From positions 86,694-150,693 of the forward strand of contig CAWEMK010000001.1 of assembly GCA_963810125.1 (NCBI GenBank): a stretch of 64,000 nt of DNA, in the 5' to 3' direction. Positions 16,823-27,268 of this stretch are shown piece by piece (within the stretch, counting starts at the first letter, position 1; every line of letters begins with the position of its first letter). A program made the position numbers and the translations under genes. Source of the stretch: an uncultured Alphaproteobacteria bacterium. Lineage in GTDB: Bacteria > Pseudomonadota > Alphaproteobacteria > Rhizobiales > Xanthobacteraceae. Under the pieces are notes generated by a model. The model was not told the DNA's origin, did no database searches, and saw only the letters and a list, made by a program, of their open reading frames with translations.

Positions 16823-18673
16823 ATGGCTGACGACAAGGTCAACATCCTGCTCGTCGACGATCAACCGGCGAAACTCCTCACCTATCGCGCCATTCTCGGG
16901 GATATTGGTGAAAACCTGTTGAGCGCAAACAACGCCACGGAGGCGCTCGAACTCCTCCTCAAGAATGATGTCGCGGTGGTTCTTATCGACGTCTATATGC
17001 CGGACATTGACGGCTTTCAGCTCGCGGCAATGATCCGAAATCACCCGCGCTTCGAGAAGACCGCGCTGATTTTCATTTCCGCGATTTTGTTGACTGACGT
17101 CGACCGCCTGCGCGGCTACGAAATGGGCGCCGTGGACTACGTGCCGGTTCCGGTAATCCCGGAAGTGCTGCGCGCCAAGGTCAAGGTCTTTGTCGAGCTG
17201 TTCCGCAAGACGCGGCAACTGGAGCAACTCAACCGCGAGCTGGAAGCGCGCGTTGCTGAGCGCACGTCCGAGCTCGCTGCCTCGACCTTGCAACTACGCC
17301 AGAGCGAACGTCTGCGCAGCCTGGCGCTGGCAGCCGGGCAAATGGGCAGCTGGGAATGGAACGTCGCCCGCGGTGCGACGGTCTGGGACCAGGGTCAGTG
17401 CGATATCTTCGGTGTCGATCCGAGTACGTTTGTGCCAACGCTTGACCATGTACGTCCGCTCATCAACCCCGAAGACTTTGAGCTGCTGGTGCGGGCTTTC
17501 CGCAAGGTTTCGAAAGATGCCAATACATTCCAGACGGAATTTCGCGTGCGGCGGCCTAATGGTGAAATACGCTGGTGCACCGGCACGGCCGCGGCGAGCT
17601 TCGACGAAAGCGGCCGCCTGATCTGGATCAGCGGCGTCACCGCCGACATCACCGAACGCAAACGCGCCGAAGAGCGGCAAATCCTGCTGGCTGAGGAAGT
17701 CGACCATCGCGCGCGCAATGTCGTGGCCGTCGTCCAGTCGATCATGCGCCTTACCCGTGCGGACAGCATCGAAGACTATATGGGTGCGCTTGACGGCCGC
17801 ATTGGCGCGCTTTCGAACGCGCACCGGCTATTGGCCGGCTCCCGTTGGGAGGGCGCCGACCTGACGCGGCTTGTTGAAGAAGAATTCGCACCCTATCTGG
17901 CCGGCGGTACCGAAAGAGTCTCGACGCGCGGTCCGATTGTCTTATTGCCTCCCGCCACGGCCCAGACAATTGCCTTGGCCTTGCACGAATTGGCGACCAA
18001 CGCGGCCAAATACGGCGCCCTCTCGACCGACGTGGGGCATGTCGACCTCACGTGGAACAACGACTTCGGAAGACTCGAATTGATTTGGGTCGAGTCAAAA
18101 GGACCCGCCATCACCGCGCCCAATCGGCGCGGCTATGGCAGCCGCGCCATCATCGCCGGCATCGAGCGCCAGCTTGGCGGCACCGTGGAGTTCGACTGGC
18201 AGGAAAGCGGGCTGCGCTGCAAATTGTGCGTGCCGCACGACGACAAGAAGGAGTCGGCCAAGCGTTTGGCGTTCAAACCGCGCCAGCTCGACGGCGCGCC
18301 GAACCAGGCTATCACCGTGGATCCGGCCGATAAGCTTGTCCTGCTTGTCGAAGATGAGCCGCTGGTGTCGATGATGCTGGCCGATATGTTGTCCGCCTTC
18401 GGTCACAAGGTCGACGGGCCCTACAATCAATTCAGCGACGCCATTCTTGCCGCCAAAAGCAACAACCTTCAGGCAGGCATACTCGACGTGAACCTGGGTG
18501 GCGAAAAAACCTACGCCGTCGCCAATATCCTCACCGACCGAAAAATTCCATTCGCCTTCGTGACAGGTTACGGGCCCGACACCATCGTTTCGGAATTTTC
18601 CCATGCGCCCGTCCTGCAAAAGCCTATCGAAGCCGCCAAGCTGCATGCGCTGCTCCAGCAGATTGTGCGATAG
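16823..18673 (+). CDS. response-regulator/PAS/HWE-type histidine kinase/receiver hybrid protein
   Basis: ATG 16823 lies 14 nt after the kinase stop, with gagga as SD. N-terminal REC (ILLVDDQP...IDVYMPDIDGF), PAS region, HWE/HisKA_2 H-box (EEVDHRARNVVAVVQSI), N-box HELATNAAKYGAL, WVESKGP, and a C-terminal REC-like domain. Confidence 0.85.
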   Translation: MADDKVNILLVDDQPAKLLTYRAILGDIGENLLSANNATEALELLLKNDVAVVLIDVYMPDIDGFQLAAMIRNHPRFEKTALIFISAILLTDVDRLRGYEMGAVDYVPVPVIPEVLRAKVKVFVELFRKTRQLEQLNRELEARVAERTSELAASTLQLRQSERLRSLALAAGQMGSWEWNVARGATVWDQGQCDIFGVDPSTFVPTLDHVRPLINPEDFELLVRAFRKVSKDANTFQTEFRVRRPNGEIRWCTGTAAASFDESGRLIWISGVTADITERKRAEERQILLAEEVDHRARNVVAVVQSIMRLTRADSIEDYMGALDGRIGALSNAHRLLAGSRWEGADLTRLVEEEFAPYLAGGTERVSTRGPIVLLPPATAQTIALALHELATNAAKYGALSTDVGHVDLTWNNDFGRLELIWVESKGPAITAPNRRGYGSRAIIAGIERQLGGTVEFDWQESGLRCKLCVPHDDKKESAKRLAFKPRQLDGAPNQAITVDPADKLVLLVEDEPLVSMMLADMLSAFGHKVDGPYNQFSDAILAAKSNNLQAGILDVNLGGEKTYAVANILTDRKIPFAFVTGYGPDTIVSEFSHAPVLQKPIEAAKLHALLQQIVR

Positions 18674-18855
18674 GCCGTAGTCCGCGCGGCATTCAACGCG
18701 GCTTTCAAGTCGACAAATGTCGCCTATAGTAAGCGGTGGCGGGGCCAGTTGCCCCGTCGTTGTCGTCAAGACGGCTGCGGCAATTAAGGTATAGTCGTCC
18801 GGCCCAATCGGGCCATAAAGTCTGAAAGACCAATATAAATCGGGGCCTGGATCTG

Positions 18856-21228
18856 ATGTCTGAGACAAGTCTTTTGCCATCAGACAGGGGCCAGGAACCG
18901 CCCCATGCCATCAAGCCGCGCAATCTCGCGCTCGGAATTGAGCGCATCGGCTTTTATGCACTGTCGCACCGCACACTGTGCGTACTCGCCTTCATTGTGC
19001 TGAGCTTGGCAGCCGCCGTCGGCTTTGCGCGGGTCAAGGTCGACAATTCACTGAGTCAGCTGTTCCGATCAAATACCGATGAATTCCGGACATACGAAGA
19101 AGTCACGCGTCGATTCCCGTCGAACGAATTTGACGTCCTCATCGTGATCGAAGGCGACCGACTGCTGGAACGGGATTCACTGCAAAAACTGCGCGATCTT
19201 GCGATCGGGGTTCAGCTGATCGATGGCACACGGGGACTGATCTCAATATTCTCCGCGCGCGAGCCGCCCGACAACGGGCAAATTCCCCCGCCGCTTTTCC
19301 CCGATCCGCTGCCGCAAGGCGCCGAATACCAGACGCTCGTCAAACGCGTGATGGCGAATGAAATCATTCGCGACAAAATGTTGTCGCCAGATGGCAAGCT
19401 GACTCTGATGGTGCTTGCCCTGGAGCCGGATGCGACCGGCCCCGGCCGGTTGGCGCCCATCATTGGTGATGTTCGCAACGAGTTGAAGGAACATCTCGCC
19501 GGTACCGGCCTGCGAGCCGATCTCTCGGGCGTGCCCGTGATGCAGCTCGAGATTCGCAACGCGATCGAGCGCGACCGGCTGATCTACAATGCGCTTGGTT
19601 TTGCGGTTGGCTGCCTGATCGCGATCCTGTTCTTCCGCCGCATATCGTTCATGATCATCGCGGCCGGCCCGCCATTGATGGCGATCCTGCTGGCTCTCGG
19701 CGCGCTCGGCTGGCTTGGCTTTAGCCTGAATATTTTTCTGAACGTGATGACGCCATTGATCATGGTCATCAGTTTTTCCGACAGCATGCAGATCACCTTT
19801 GCGGCACGCGACCGCCTGCTCGCCGGCGATGACAAAGTCACTGCATTTCGCAATGCGTTGCTCATTGTGGGACCCGCCTGCGTGCTGACGCACGCCACCG
19901 CGGGCGTGTCTTTTATTGCCTTGCAGTTTTCAGCATCCGACCTCATCCGCACGTTCGGCGAAGCCGGGCTGATCGCGACGGCTGTGGCGCTCATCGCGGT
20001 TCTCCTGGGCGTGCCGCTGCTTGGCGTCCTGCTCATTCGCAATGAAGCCGAATTCGTCGCCGCCGTCGGAAACATGGACAATGCGCTGGACGTCTTGCGC
20101 AGGATCTGCCGGTGGATTGCAATCCGCATGGTGACTCGGCCCGGCCTCTACTCATTGATCAGTCTGTTGGTCGTTGGGGGACTGTCGCTCGGCTATACGC
20201 AGCTCCAGGCGCGCTATCGGCTGGCCGAGCAGGTGCCGGACCGCGAACAAGCAGTCCAGGCCAGCCATCGTCTTGACCTCAAACTGACCGGCGCAAATCC
20301 ATTCGACGTTTACATCCAGTTTCCCAAGGGCGCATCGCTCTATTCACCCGAAACCCTGGCGATTATTGCCGATGTGCATTCGCTGCTCGAACACCAACCC
20401 GGCATCGGCAATGTCTGGTCCCTGGATACACTGCGCCGGTGGCTGGCGGAAAAATTGAACAAGTCGGATGTCGAGACGCTCAAGCAATATGTCGACATGC
20501 TGCCACCTTATCTCACGCGCCGGTTTATTTCGGCGGAACAAGATGCGGTGATCGTCAGCGGCCGCGTCCCTGATTCAGACGCCAGTCAGCTGCTTCCGAT
20601 TGTCGATCGGATCGACCAGCAATTGAGCGGCGTGCGCGCGAAATATCCCAGTTACAAAATAGGCGTCACCGGCCTGTCGGTGATTTCCGCCCGCAACAGC
20701 GCGCTGATGATCGATAAATTGAGCAGAGGGCTGACGATCGAAATCGTCTTTGTCGCGGCATTTATCGGCATCGCCTTCTGGTCCCCCGTCGTCATGCTGA
20801 TAAGCATCTTGCCGGGTCTTTTTCCGATCGTTTTTGCAGGAAGCCTGCTGCTGCTTCTGGGCCAGGGGTTGCAGTTCGCAAGCGTTATCGCCCTGACCGT
20901 CTCGTTCGGCCTCGGGCTGAGCGCGACCATTCACTTCCTGAACAGATTGCAGATCGAGGACATCGATCCAGACCCCGCAGTGGGGGTCGAGCGGGCGACT
21001 ATTCTGGTTGGGCCGCCGCTGATCCTGACGTCGGCCGTGCTCGCCTGCGGATTGGCCATGACGGTCCTGTCCAGCCTGCCGTCATTGCGCCTTTTCGGCT
21101 GGCTGAGCGCAATTGCCATGTTAGCGGCGCTGTTTGCCGATCTGTTCATGTTGCGGCCGATCGCGATGTTCCTGAGCAAGATCGTCCGGAGGATATCGCA
21201 GCGATCACTTGTGCAATCGAGAAAATAG
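18856..21228 (+). CDS. RND/MMPL-family transporter (HpnN-like architecture)
   Basis: 790 aa. Two blocks of multiple hydrophobic helices, each preceded by a large soluble loop. The overall layout resembles the hpnN-type gene at 24449..27043. Confidence 0.75.
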   Translation: MSETSLLPSDRGQEPPHAIKPRNLALGIERIGFYALSHRTLCVLAFIVLSLAAAVGFARVKVDNSLSQLFRSNTDEFRTYEEVTRRFPSNEFDVLIVIEGDRLLERDSLQKLRDLAIGVQLIDGTRGLISIFSAREPPDNGQIPPPLFPDPLPQGAEYQTLVKRVMANEIIRDKMLSPDGKLTLMVLALEPDATGPGRLAPIIGDVRNELKEHLAGTGLRADLSGVPVMQLEIRNAIERDRLIYNALGFAVGCLIAILFFRRISFMIIAAGPPLMAILLALGALGWLGFSLNIFLNVMTPLIMVISFSDSMQITFAARDRLLAGDDKVTAFRNALLIVGPACVLTHATAGVSFIALQFSASDLIRTFGEAGLIATAVALIAVLLGVPLLGVLLIRNEAEFVAAVGNMDNALDVLRRICRWIAIRMVTRPGLYSLISLLVVGGLSLGYTQLQARYRLAEQVPDREQAVQASHRLDLKLTGANPFDVYIQFPKGASLYSPETLAIIADVHSLLEHQPGIGNVWSLDTLRRWLAEKLNKSDVETLKQYVDMLPPYLTRRFISAEQDAVIVSGRVPDSDASQLLPIVDRIDQQLSGVRAKYPSYKIGVTGLSVISARNSALMIDKLSRGLTIEIVFVAAFIGIAFWSPVVMLISILPGLFPIVFAGSLLLLLGQGLQFASVIALTVSFGLGLSATIHFLNRLQIEDIDPDPAVGVERATILVGPPLILTSAVLACGLAMTVLSSLPSLRLFGWLSAIAMLAALFADLFMLRPIAMFLSKIVRRISQRSLVQSRK

Positions 21229-21326
21229 AGCTTCAGGACGGCAATTGCGTTGAGTACCGTGAGACCATGGAACGCGGAGTGGCTGTGGTGGTTGTCCTCA
21301 AACCAAAACACGATCGGGTAAAAACA

Positions 21327-21587
21327 ATGTTTGCAAGACTTTGCGCTGTCCTTGGGTTGATTCAGATTTTGGCCGGTCCGGCGCTCGCCGCCAATGAAAA
21401 GCAGCCGGCGCAATCGGGCGGGCTGTTTCAGGGCACTCCCGAGGAGCAGGCCGCCTGCGCCCCGGATTCAACCAGATTTTGTCAGGACGCCATTCCGGAC
21501 ACGTTTCGCGTGCTTGCGTGCCTGCAGGATCACCGTGAAAAACTGAGAAAGGTTTGCCGCAAGGTCCTGGAGGACCACGGTCAATAA
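21327..21587 (+). CDS. small secreted cysteine-rich repeat protein
   Basis: Within ORF 21267..21587. MFARLCAVLGLIQILAGPALA is a signal peptide. The mature part carries the pattern C..D..RFC...L.CL...L..VC. Confidence 0.55.
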   Translation: MFARLCAVLGLIQILAGPALAANEKQPAQSGGLFQGTPEEQAACAPDSTRFCQDAIPDTFRVLACLQDHREKLRKVCRKVLEDHGQ

Positions 21588-21613
21588 CCCGCACAAATGC
21601 CTTCCATGCGGCG

Positions 21614-22249
21614 TCAGGCCGGATGATTTTTATGAAGGGCAAACAGGCGGCGCAGGAAGCTGCGGCTGTCGGGAATTGCGTCGAGATGTTCGGGGCCGCT
21701 TGAGGCGGCCGTCCCGCCCAGATAGCCGCAATTCTTGATGACGGCCCAGTAAACCGGATTCCAGGCCTGCCAGACTTTTTCGGCCTCTTCCAGCAACAGT
21801 CCGACAATCACCTCTGGCACAGGCCCGAACACTTCCGGCAAAGCGTGCGAAAGCTCTACATCCCGCAGCACATTCCATTTTGAAAGCCCGCCCATGATCG
21901 GCGAGCTGATGGAAAACACGACGCGGCCGATACTGGTCTCCCTCACCGCAAACGAGCACATCGCGCACGGCTCGACGGTCGAATAGAGCGTGCAGCCGCT
22001 CAAATCCGCACGGCCCAGAATTTTCTGCGCCTCCGAAATGGCAGCCAACTCTGCATGGTGGGTAATATCGGCGCTCTCAACGACGCGATTGGTACTTTCA
22101 ACGATCAGATCTCCGTCCTTGCAAATGAGCGCGGCAAAAGGCAATTCGCCAAGCTGCGCGCTAGTCGCAGACAGATGAATACATCGCCGCATCATCGCGA
22201 CGTCGGCGTCGGATTGAATCGGGTCGTTTCCGTCGATTTCGGCAGCCAT
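21614..22249 (-). CDS. nucleoside/nucleotide deaminase (CMP/dCMP deaminase zinc-binding family)
   Basis: HAE (HHAELAAI) and PCAMC zinc-binding motifs at the canonical spacing. Lies 29 nt downstream of the P450 gene on the same strand. Confidence 0.85.
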   Translation of the reverse strand: MAAEIDGNDPIQSDADVAMMRRCIHLSATSAQLGELPFAALICKDGDLIVESTNRVVESADITHHAELAAISEAQKILGRADLSGCTLYSTVEPCAMCSFAVRETSIGRVVFSISSPIMGGLSKWNVLRDVELSHALPEVFGPVPEVIVGLLLEEAEKVWQAWNPVYWAVIKNCGYLGGTAASSGPEHLDAIPDSRSFLRRLFALHKNHPA

Positions 22250-22278
22250 TATCGATGAACCAAATCGAGACGCGCGGA

Positions 22279-23670
22279 TCAGCGTCTGCGGACAATCATG
22301 GGCAAGCCGCCCCTTGGCCGCAGCGTGACCTTCAACACTGGCCAGGGCGTAGATCCGGGGGCCATTTCAAGCGTGAAATGACGCATGATCATGGCGACGA
22401 CGATCGACGCTTCCTGGATTGCAAAAGCGGCGCCGATGCAAATGCGCGGCCCGACACCAAACGGAAGGTACGCAAAGCGGTCGATGGAGTTGCGCGCTGC
22501 ACCGAGAAACCGGTTCGGATCGAAACTGTCGGGCGCCCGCCACAACGCGCGATGCCGGTGAAGAACATAGGACGCGATGACGATCATCGTTCCTGCCTTG
22601 ATCGGAACGCCGGCAAGTTCATCCGGTCCGAGCGCAACACGGCTTATGGCGGCGATGGGCGGATAGAGCCTGTTGGCTTCATCGATCACCGCGCGTGTTT
22701 CAACCAGACGATCGGCCAAACCCTCCAACTCCCCATCGAGCTCGCGGTCGGCTTCGGCCTGGACCCGCTCCCGCCACTGCTGCGACTGCGACAACAGGAA
22801 CAGCGACCAGGCAATGCAATTCGCGGTGGTTTCATGACCGGCAGCGATGAACGTTAGGATATTGGCGCGGATTTCGGCTTCCGACAGCGGTTTGCCACTT
22901 TCCGGATCCTTCGCCTCAAGCAGCAGCGAAAGAATATCGCGTGGCGCGTCACCCGGGTTTTGAGCTATCCGCTCGCGGCGCGTTGAAATAATTGAGTCGA
23001 TCGCGGACTCAAACAGGCGAAGCATCGGACGCACCTTCCAGCGGCCGGGGCGCGGAACCACGTCCGGCACTCCCAACATGTCGAAGGGATCGATCCGTCC
23101 GATCGTTTCAAAATACTTCTTCATGGCGACGCGAATGTCTTCGGCATCGCGGCCAAGGCCGTCAGAAAAAATAGTCCGCTCGAGGACTTCCAACGTGACG
23201 CGCGTTGCCTCGACCGCGAGATCCGTGACCTGGCCTTCACATAGCGCAAGACGCTCGACCAGGCGGCTGGCGGCATCGATCATCGCCGTCGAAAAATTCA
23301 TGACGGTTTTGCGCGCAAAAAGCGGCGCTATGGCCCGCCGTTGCATGCGCCAATTTTGCAATTCGGCTGTCAGCAACCCGCCGGTCAACCCGGCTGATAA
23401 AACACGGCGCTGTAACCAGTCTTTCTGATAATTGTCGCAGTTTTCCAGCAGGACACGGCGGATCGCCGCGGGATCGCTCACGACCGCAACTCGCCCCATG
23501 GACAAGCCGCTCATGACGATCGGCTGCTCAAAATGAGCCGCCGTCCACGCTTCAATCGGATTGTCTGCGAGCACGCGGAGCAGCGCGATCGGACCCAAAG
23601 CCTGCGCCCGCGGGACCGGCGCCGGCGGGCTAAGCTCCGCGGGAAAATCGAGCACGTCGCCTCCGTTCAA
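22279..23670 (-). CDS. cytochrome P450
   Basis: Heme-binding loop FGVGPRICIGAAFA, I-helix AAGHETT, ExxR (ETRAVIDEANR). The start codon (TTG 23670 or GTG 23655) is uncertain. Confidence 0.9.
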   Translation of the reverse strand: MNGGDVLDFPAELSPPAPVPRAQALGPIALLRVLADNPIEAWTAAHFEQPIVMSGLSMGRVAVVSDPAAIRRVLLENCDNYQKDWLQRRVLSAGLTGGLLTAELQNWRMQRRAIAPLFARKTVMNFSTAMIDAASRLVERLALCEGQVTDLAVEATRVTLEVLERTIFSDGLGRDAEDIRVAMKKYFETIGRIDPFDMLGVPDVVPRPGRWKVRPMLRLFESAIDSIISTRRERIAQNPGDAPRDILSLLLEAKDPESGKPLSEAEIRANILTFIAAGHETTANCIAWSLFLLSQSQQWRERVQAEADRELDGELEGLADRLVETRAVIDEANRLYPPIAAISRVALGPDELAGVPIKAGTMIVIASYVLHRHRALWRAPDSFDPNRFLGAARNSIDRFAYLPFGVGPRICIGAAFAIQEASIVVAMIMRHFTLEMAPGSTPWPVLKVTLRPRGGLPMIVRRR

Positions 23671-23812
23671 TACCTGGGCCGATTAGAATCGGCTAAATCT
23701 AGACTGCAACCAGAACCACCAATACGTTACCGGAGTTCCATTTCGATGCAATTAGTCGGTAAAACTTGCGGAACAAGGCACGATTTCGGCCATTTCAGAT
23801 GCTAAGGATCGA

Positions 23813-24499
23813 TTGACCCATTTAATATTCCAGGTGCCCGCACACGTGCCAAACAGAACAACCCGAACCACCGGCATAGCAAAGCCGTTCTACGTAGCAT
23901 TGGCTGTCTGGCTTATGGTTGCTGGCGCCGCGACGGCCCAGCCTGCCCGCATTTCAGCGCCTGATCCCACGGGCGAGTGGCTGGTGGCCAAGCAGGTTGC
24001 ACGGATCAGAATTGTGGATTGCGACGGCCGCATGTGGGGCGTGGTCGCGTGGGAAGCTACACCGGGCGTTGACCGCAAAAATCCGGATCCAAATCTGCGA
24101 GTGCGACCGACCTTGGGGATGCCGATCCTGCTCGGCATGGCGCCGAGCCAATACGACAAAAACAAATGGGAAGGCGAGATCTACAATTCGGAGGACGGCC
24201 ACACTTATTCCGCCAATATCAGCCTGCCCGATCCCAATACGCTGAAGGTGCAAGGTTGCTTTCTTGGCTTCCTTTGTGGAGGCGAGAACTGGAGCCGCGC
24301 GGACACGACGGATACGCCCACCGGCACATCATCGCAAAAACCGTCGGCCAAACCGCCGGTCACTCGCAAAACGACCGGCACCGGCGCCCGGCCCGCTTCG
24401 GCCGACAAGACCGCAAGCACACAACCGGAATCAAGCGAAGACGTGTGTCTAAGGGTCCTTGGCCCGGCGGGGCTTACCCATGAGCGCGGGCTGAAATAA
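23813..24499 (+). CDS. DUF2147 domain-containing secreted protein
   Basis: GEWLV...ARIRIVDCDGRMWGVVAW...NPDPNLRVRPTLGMPIL...WEGEIYNSEDGHTYSANISL...LKVQGC matches the DUF2147 pattern. There is a low-complexity T/P/S tail. The start is uncertain (alternative GTG at 23846). The 3' end overlaps hpnN convergently. Confidence 0.7.
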   Translation: MTHLIFQVPAHVPNRTTRTTGIAKPFYVALAVWLMVAGAATAQPARISAPDPTGEWLVAKQVARIRIVDCDGRMWGVVAWEATPGVDRKNPDPNLRVRPTLGMPILLGMAPSQYDKNKWEGEIYNSEDGHTYSANISLPDPNTLKVQGCFLGFLCGGENWSRADTTDTPTGTSSQKPSAKPPVTRKTTGTGARPASADKTASTQPESSEDVCLRVLGPAGLTHERGLK

Positions 24500-27043
24500 C
24501 ACCGCCGCCGCCAGCGTACACACGAGCGACAGCGCGAGCAGCTTGCCCATGCTCGACGTGCCCGGGTGCTGCGACAGCCACAGACTCCCGAACGCCGTTG
24601 CCGTGGTCAACGCGCTCCAGATCACTGCACGGGTCAAACTCGATTGCAGAAGATTCGTCCGGCCGGAACGCCAGGCCATGATGTAGTAGATCTTGAAGGC
24701 GACGCCGACACCCAGCAGCAACGGCAACGCAATGATGTTGGCAAAATTCAGCGGCATGCCGATCAGGACACAAATCTCCAATGTCACGACGCCTGCGAGC
24801 AGCAGCGGCACCAGCGTCAACAGCACATCGCCGAACCGCCGCAGAACGATCCAAAGCAGGATTGCAATCGATATCAGCGCGTAAAATCCTGCTTCCAGAA
24901 ATGCCCTGACGATCGTCCGGCTGGATTCAAGAATGGAAATCGGCCCGCCGGTTGCATTCGGGTAAACGGCAAGGACAGCACGCGCGAACGACCGTAATAC
25001 CTCTGTATCGTTGGTATCGCCTTTGGGCGAGACTTCAACGCGCCCGCGCCCGTCCGGCGTTACCCACTGACTTTTGAGCGCCTCTGGCAAGTTGTCTTTT
25101 GTAACGCGTTGCGCCCCCATGAATCCGCGCAATTGCGCGAGCGCCGTTTCCAGCGGGACAACGAACGCGGTTTGTGCGCGCGCGCGCGTGGGCTCATCGG
25201 CCTGCGCCAATTTCACCGCATCGGCAGCCAGGCGCTTTGCGGCCGCAGCGCCGGGACCAGCAGCATTGCCAGCGATCTTGTTGAGCTGATCGGCCAGCCC
25301 TTTAAGCGCCGCAATATTTTCAGCATCGCTCGGCGGCTTGCCTGAAGCTGGCTGCTGAAGGACCTGGCCCAAGCGCCGGCCTAAATCCTGGATCGCGGCG
25401 AGCTTTTTGTCCTGATCCTGCGGCACAAAGCTGAGCAACGTCGTCGCCTGCAGGACCTGCGGAAGTTTCCGAAGTTGATCGGCCGCTGCCGCCGCATCAT
25501 CGAGGGAGGCTGTCACAACATTGACGGAGTTGATGCCCACGCGCGGGTCATTGCCGAGTTCGAGCAGCGTCGAGATCGACTCAGTCTCTGTACTGCGCAG
25601 ATGAATCGGGTCGAAGTCGAACGTAAGGAAGTAAAGCAATGGCGCGCCAAGAACGGCAACCGCCAGTGTCGTCACGATCACGGGCACTCGATAGGTCTGC
25701 AGAAAATTGTCGACCGGAGCCAGTGCTTGATATCCGACCGCTTCCGGCTCACCCGCAGGATTGAAGACGGTGATCAAGGCCGGCAACAACGTGATACTCG
25801 TGCCGTAGGCAACGAGCATGCCGACACCCGCGATCTGCCCCAGCTCGGAGACACCGCGGTAATCGGTCGGCAAAAACGACAGAAAGCCGGCTGCGACCGC
25901 CGCTGCCGCGAGCGTCAGCGGGACACCGATTTTTTGTGCCGCCTTCTCCAAAGCTGGACGAAGCTTGGGGATGTCGTGACGTTCGGCGCGGTAGCGCACA
26001 CAAAACTGGATCGCAAAATCAACACCAAGCCCAACGAAGAGCACGGCGAACGCGACGGATATCATATTCAATGCGCCCACCATCTTCAGGCCGAGCGCTG
26101 CTGTGATGGCCAGCCCTACAAACAGATTGATGAAAACGGCAACAATGATGCGCGTCGATTTGAGTGCCAACCAAAGGATCGTCAACACGATAAGCATGGT
26201 GCCGATGCCATTGACCAAGGCGCCTTCCTGAACCGTTGCAAACTCCTCGTCGGCCATCGGCACGGATCCGGTCAGCCGCACGCGCGCCTGATATTTTTCG
26301 GCGAGCTGCAAGTCGGATGCAGTCTTGCGAACCGCCGTGCTTGAGGCCAGGCCGGGCTGAAGCGCGGAAAAATCGAGCACCGGACGGGTCTCAATGAGCC
26401 GCCGAATATCACTTGGGCTGGGCTGCTGTCCGCTCAACAAAGCTTGCCACGAAAACGAGGCGGGTTTCCCGGCCAATGCGTCCTCGATGGTCGTCGACGC
26501 CATCGTCAGCGGCCGAGCCATGCCGTCGAGCGTGATCATCTTGTTTTGCACGCCGATGAGCCCCAATGAGAGCGTGCGCGTAAGTCCACGAAGACTCGGA
26601 TCTCCGGCGAGCGTGCCGATCAGCGGAGCAGCCTGCCCTAGCCCCTTCGCGGATTGCTCGACGCTTTCCGTCGGCTGAAACAGCAATCCATTGCGCGCAA
26701 AGAACTCGCTGCCGCCGAGATCGACGACTGAACGGAAAACCTGAGGTTGTGCCATGAGCCGCGCGGACAATTCAGCACCGGCGCGCGCGGCAAATTCTGC
26801 AATCGGCGCATCGACGACCACCAAGGCGGAGCCGAAATGTCCGGGAAAAGCCTTTTCAAATTCGGCATCACGTTTGCGCCAGTCGAGGTCCGGGGAAATA
26901 AGCTTGTTGACGTCAGTATTGATGGCGAAGTGGCGAGCCGAATAGACCCCGGAAACCACAGCGCCAATCAGGGCTAAAGCAATGATCGGCCAAGGGAATC
27001 GGGTGCAGTAACGGACAATCGCTGTAATAATGGACGCAAGCAT
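24449..27043 (-). CDS. hpnN: hopanoid-associated RND transporter HpnN
   Basis: 864-aa RND-like protein (MLASIITAIVRYCTRFPWPIIALALIGAV...INTDVNKLISPDLDWRKRD). It flanks the hopanoid genes and diverges from dxs. Confidence 0.75.
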   Translation of the reverse strand: MLASIITAIVRYCTRFPWPIIALALIGAVVSGVYSARHFAINTDVNKLISPDLDWRKRDAEFEKAFPGHFGSALVVVDAPIAEFAARAGAELSARLMAQPQVFRSVVDLGGSEFFARNGLLFQPTESVEQSAKGLGQAAPLIGTLAGDPSLRGLTRTLSLGLIGVQNKMITLDGMARPLTMASTTIEDALAGKPASFSWQALLSGQQPSPSDIRRLIETRPVLDFSALQPGLASSTAVRKTASDLQLAEKYQARVRLTGSVPMADEEFATVQEGALVNGIGTMLIVLTILWLALKSTRIIVAVFINLFVGLAITAALGLKMVGALNMISVAFAVLFVGLGVDFAIQFCVRYRAERHDIPKLRPALEKAAQKIGVPLTLAAAAVAAGFLSFLPTDYRGVSELGQIAGVGMLVAYGTSITLLPALITVFNPAGEPEAVGYQALAPVDNFLQTYRVPVIVTTLAVAVLGAPLLYFLTFDFDPIHLRSTETESISTLLELGNDPRVGINSVNVVTASLDDAAAAADQLRKLPQVLQATTLLSFVPQDQDKKLAAIQDLGRRLGQVLQQPASGKPPSDAENIAALKGLADQLNKIAGNAAGPGAAAAKRLAADAVKLAQADEPTRARAQTAFVVPLETALAQLRGFMGAQRVTKDNLPEALKSQWVTPDGRGRVEVSPKGDTNDTEVLRSFARAVLAVYPNATGGPISILESSRTIVRAFLEAGFYALISIAILLWIVLRRFGDVLLTLVPLLLAGVVTLEICVLIGMPLNFANIIALPLLLGVGVAFKIYYIMAWRSGRTNLLQSSLTRAVIWSALTTATAFGSLWLSQHPGTSSMGKLLALSLVCTLAAAVLFQPALMGKPRRAKDP

Positions 27044-27268
27044 GGCTATTGAGGCCTTTCGAACCTAACAGAGTCGTCCCCAACTGTGGCCGCAAGCAGG
27101 AAAATCAATGCTTTCCGTTCGGAACCTTTGCTACCCTGATAAATTGACGCAGACTGAGAACATTCAGGACTGAGCCGGCCAGGCCGGAATTGGGCGACAG
27201 AAGATATTCCGTGGGGTTCTGCCAAAGGCACGACCGCTCCGCGTTTGTTGGAGAAAGGTAATTTGACC

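Noticed and set aside
18676-18705. Short hairpin (ccgcg-10 nt-cgcgg followed by cttt) after the HWE kinase gene, as a possible terminator.
   Set aside because: It has only a 5-bp stem and a weak T-tract. This is below what I would call a supported terminator.
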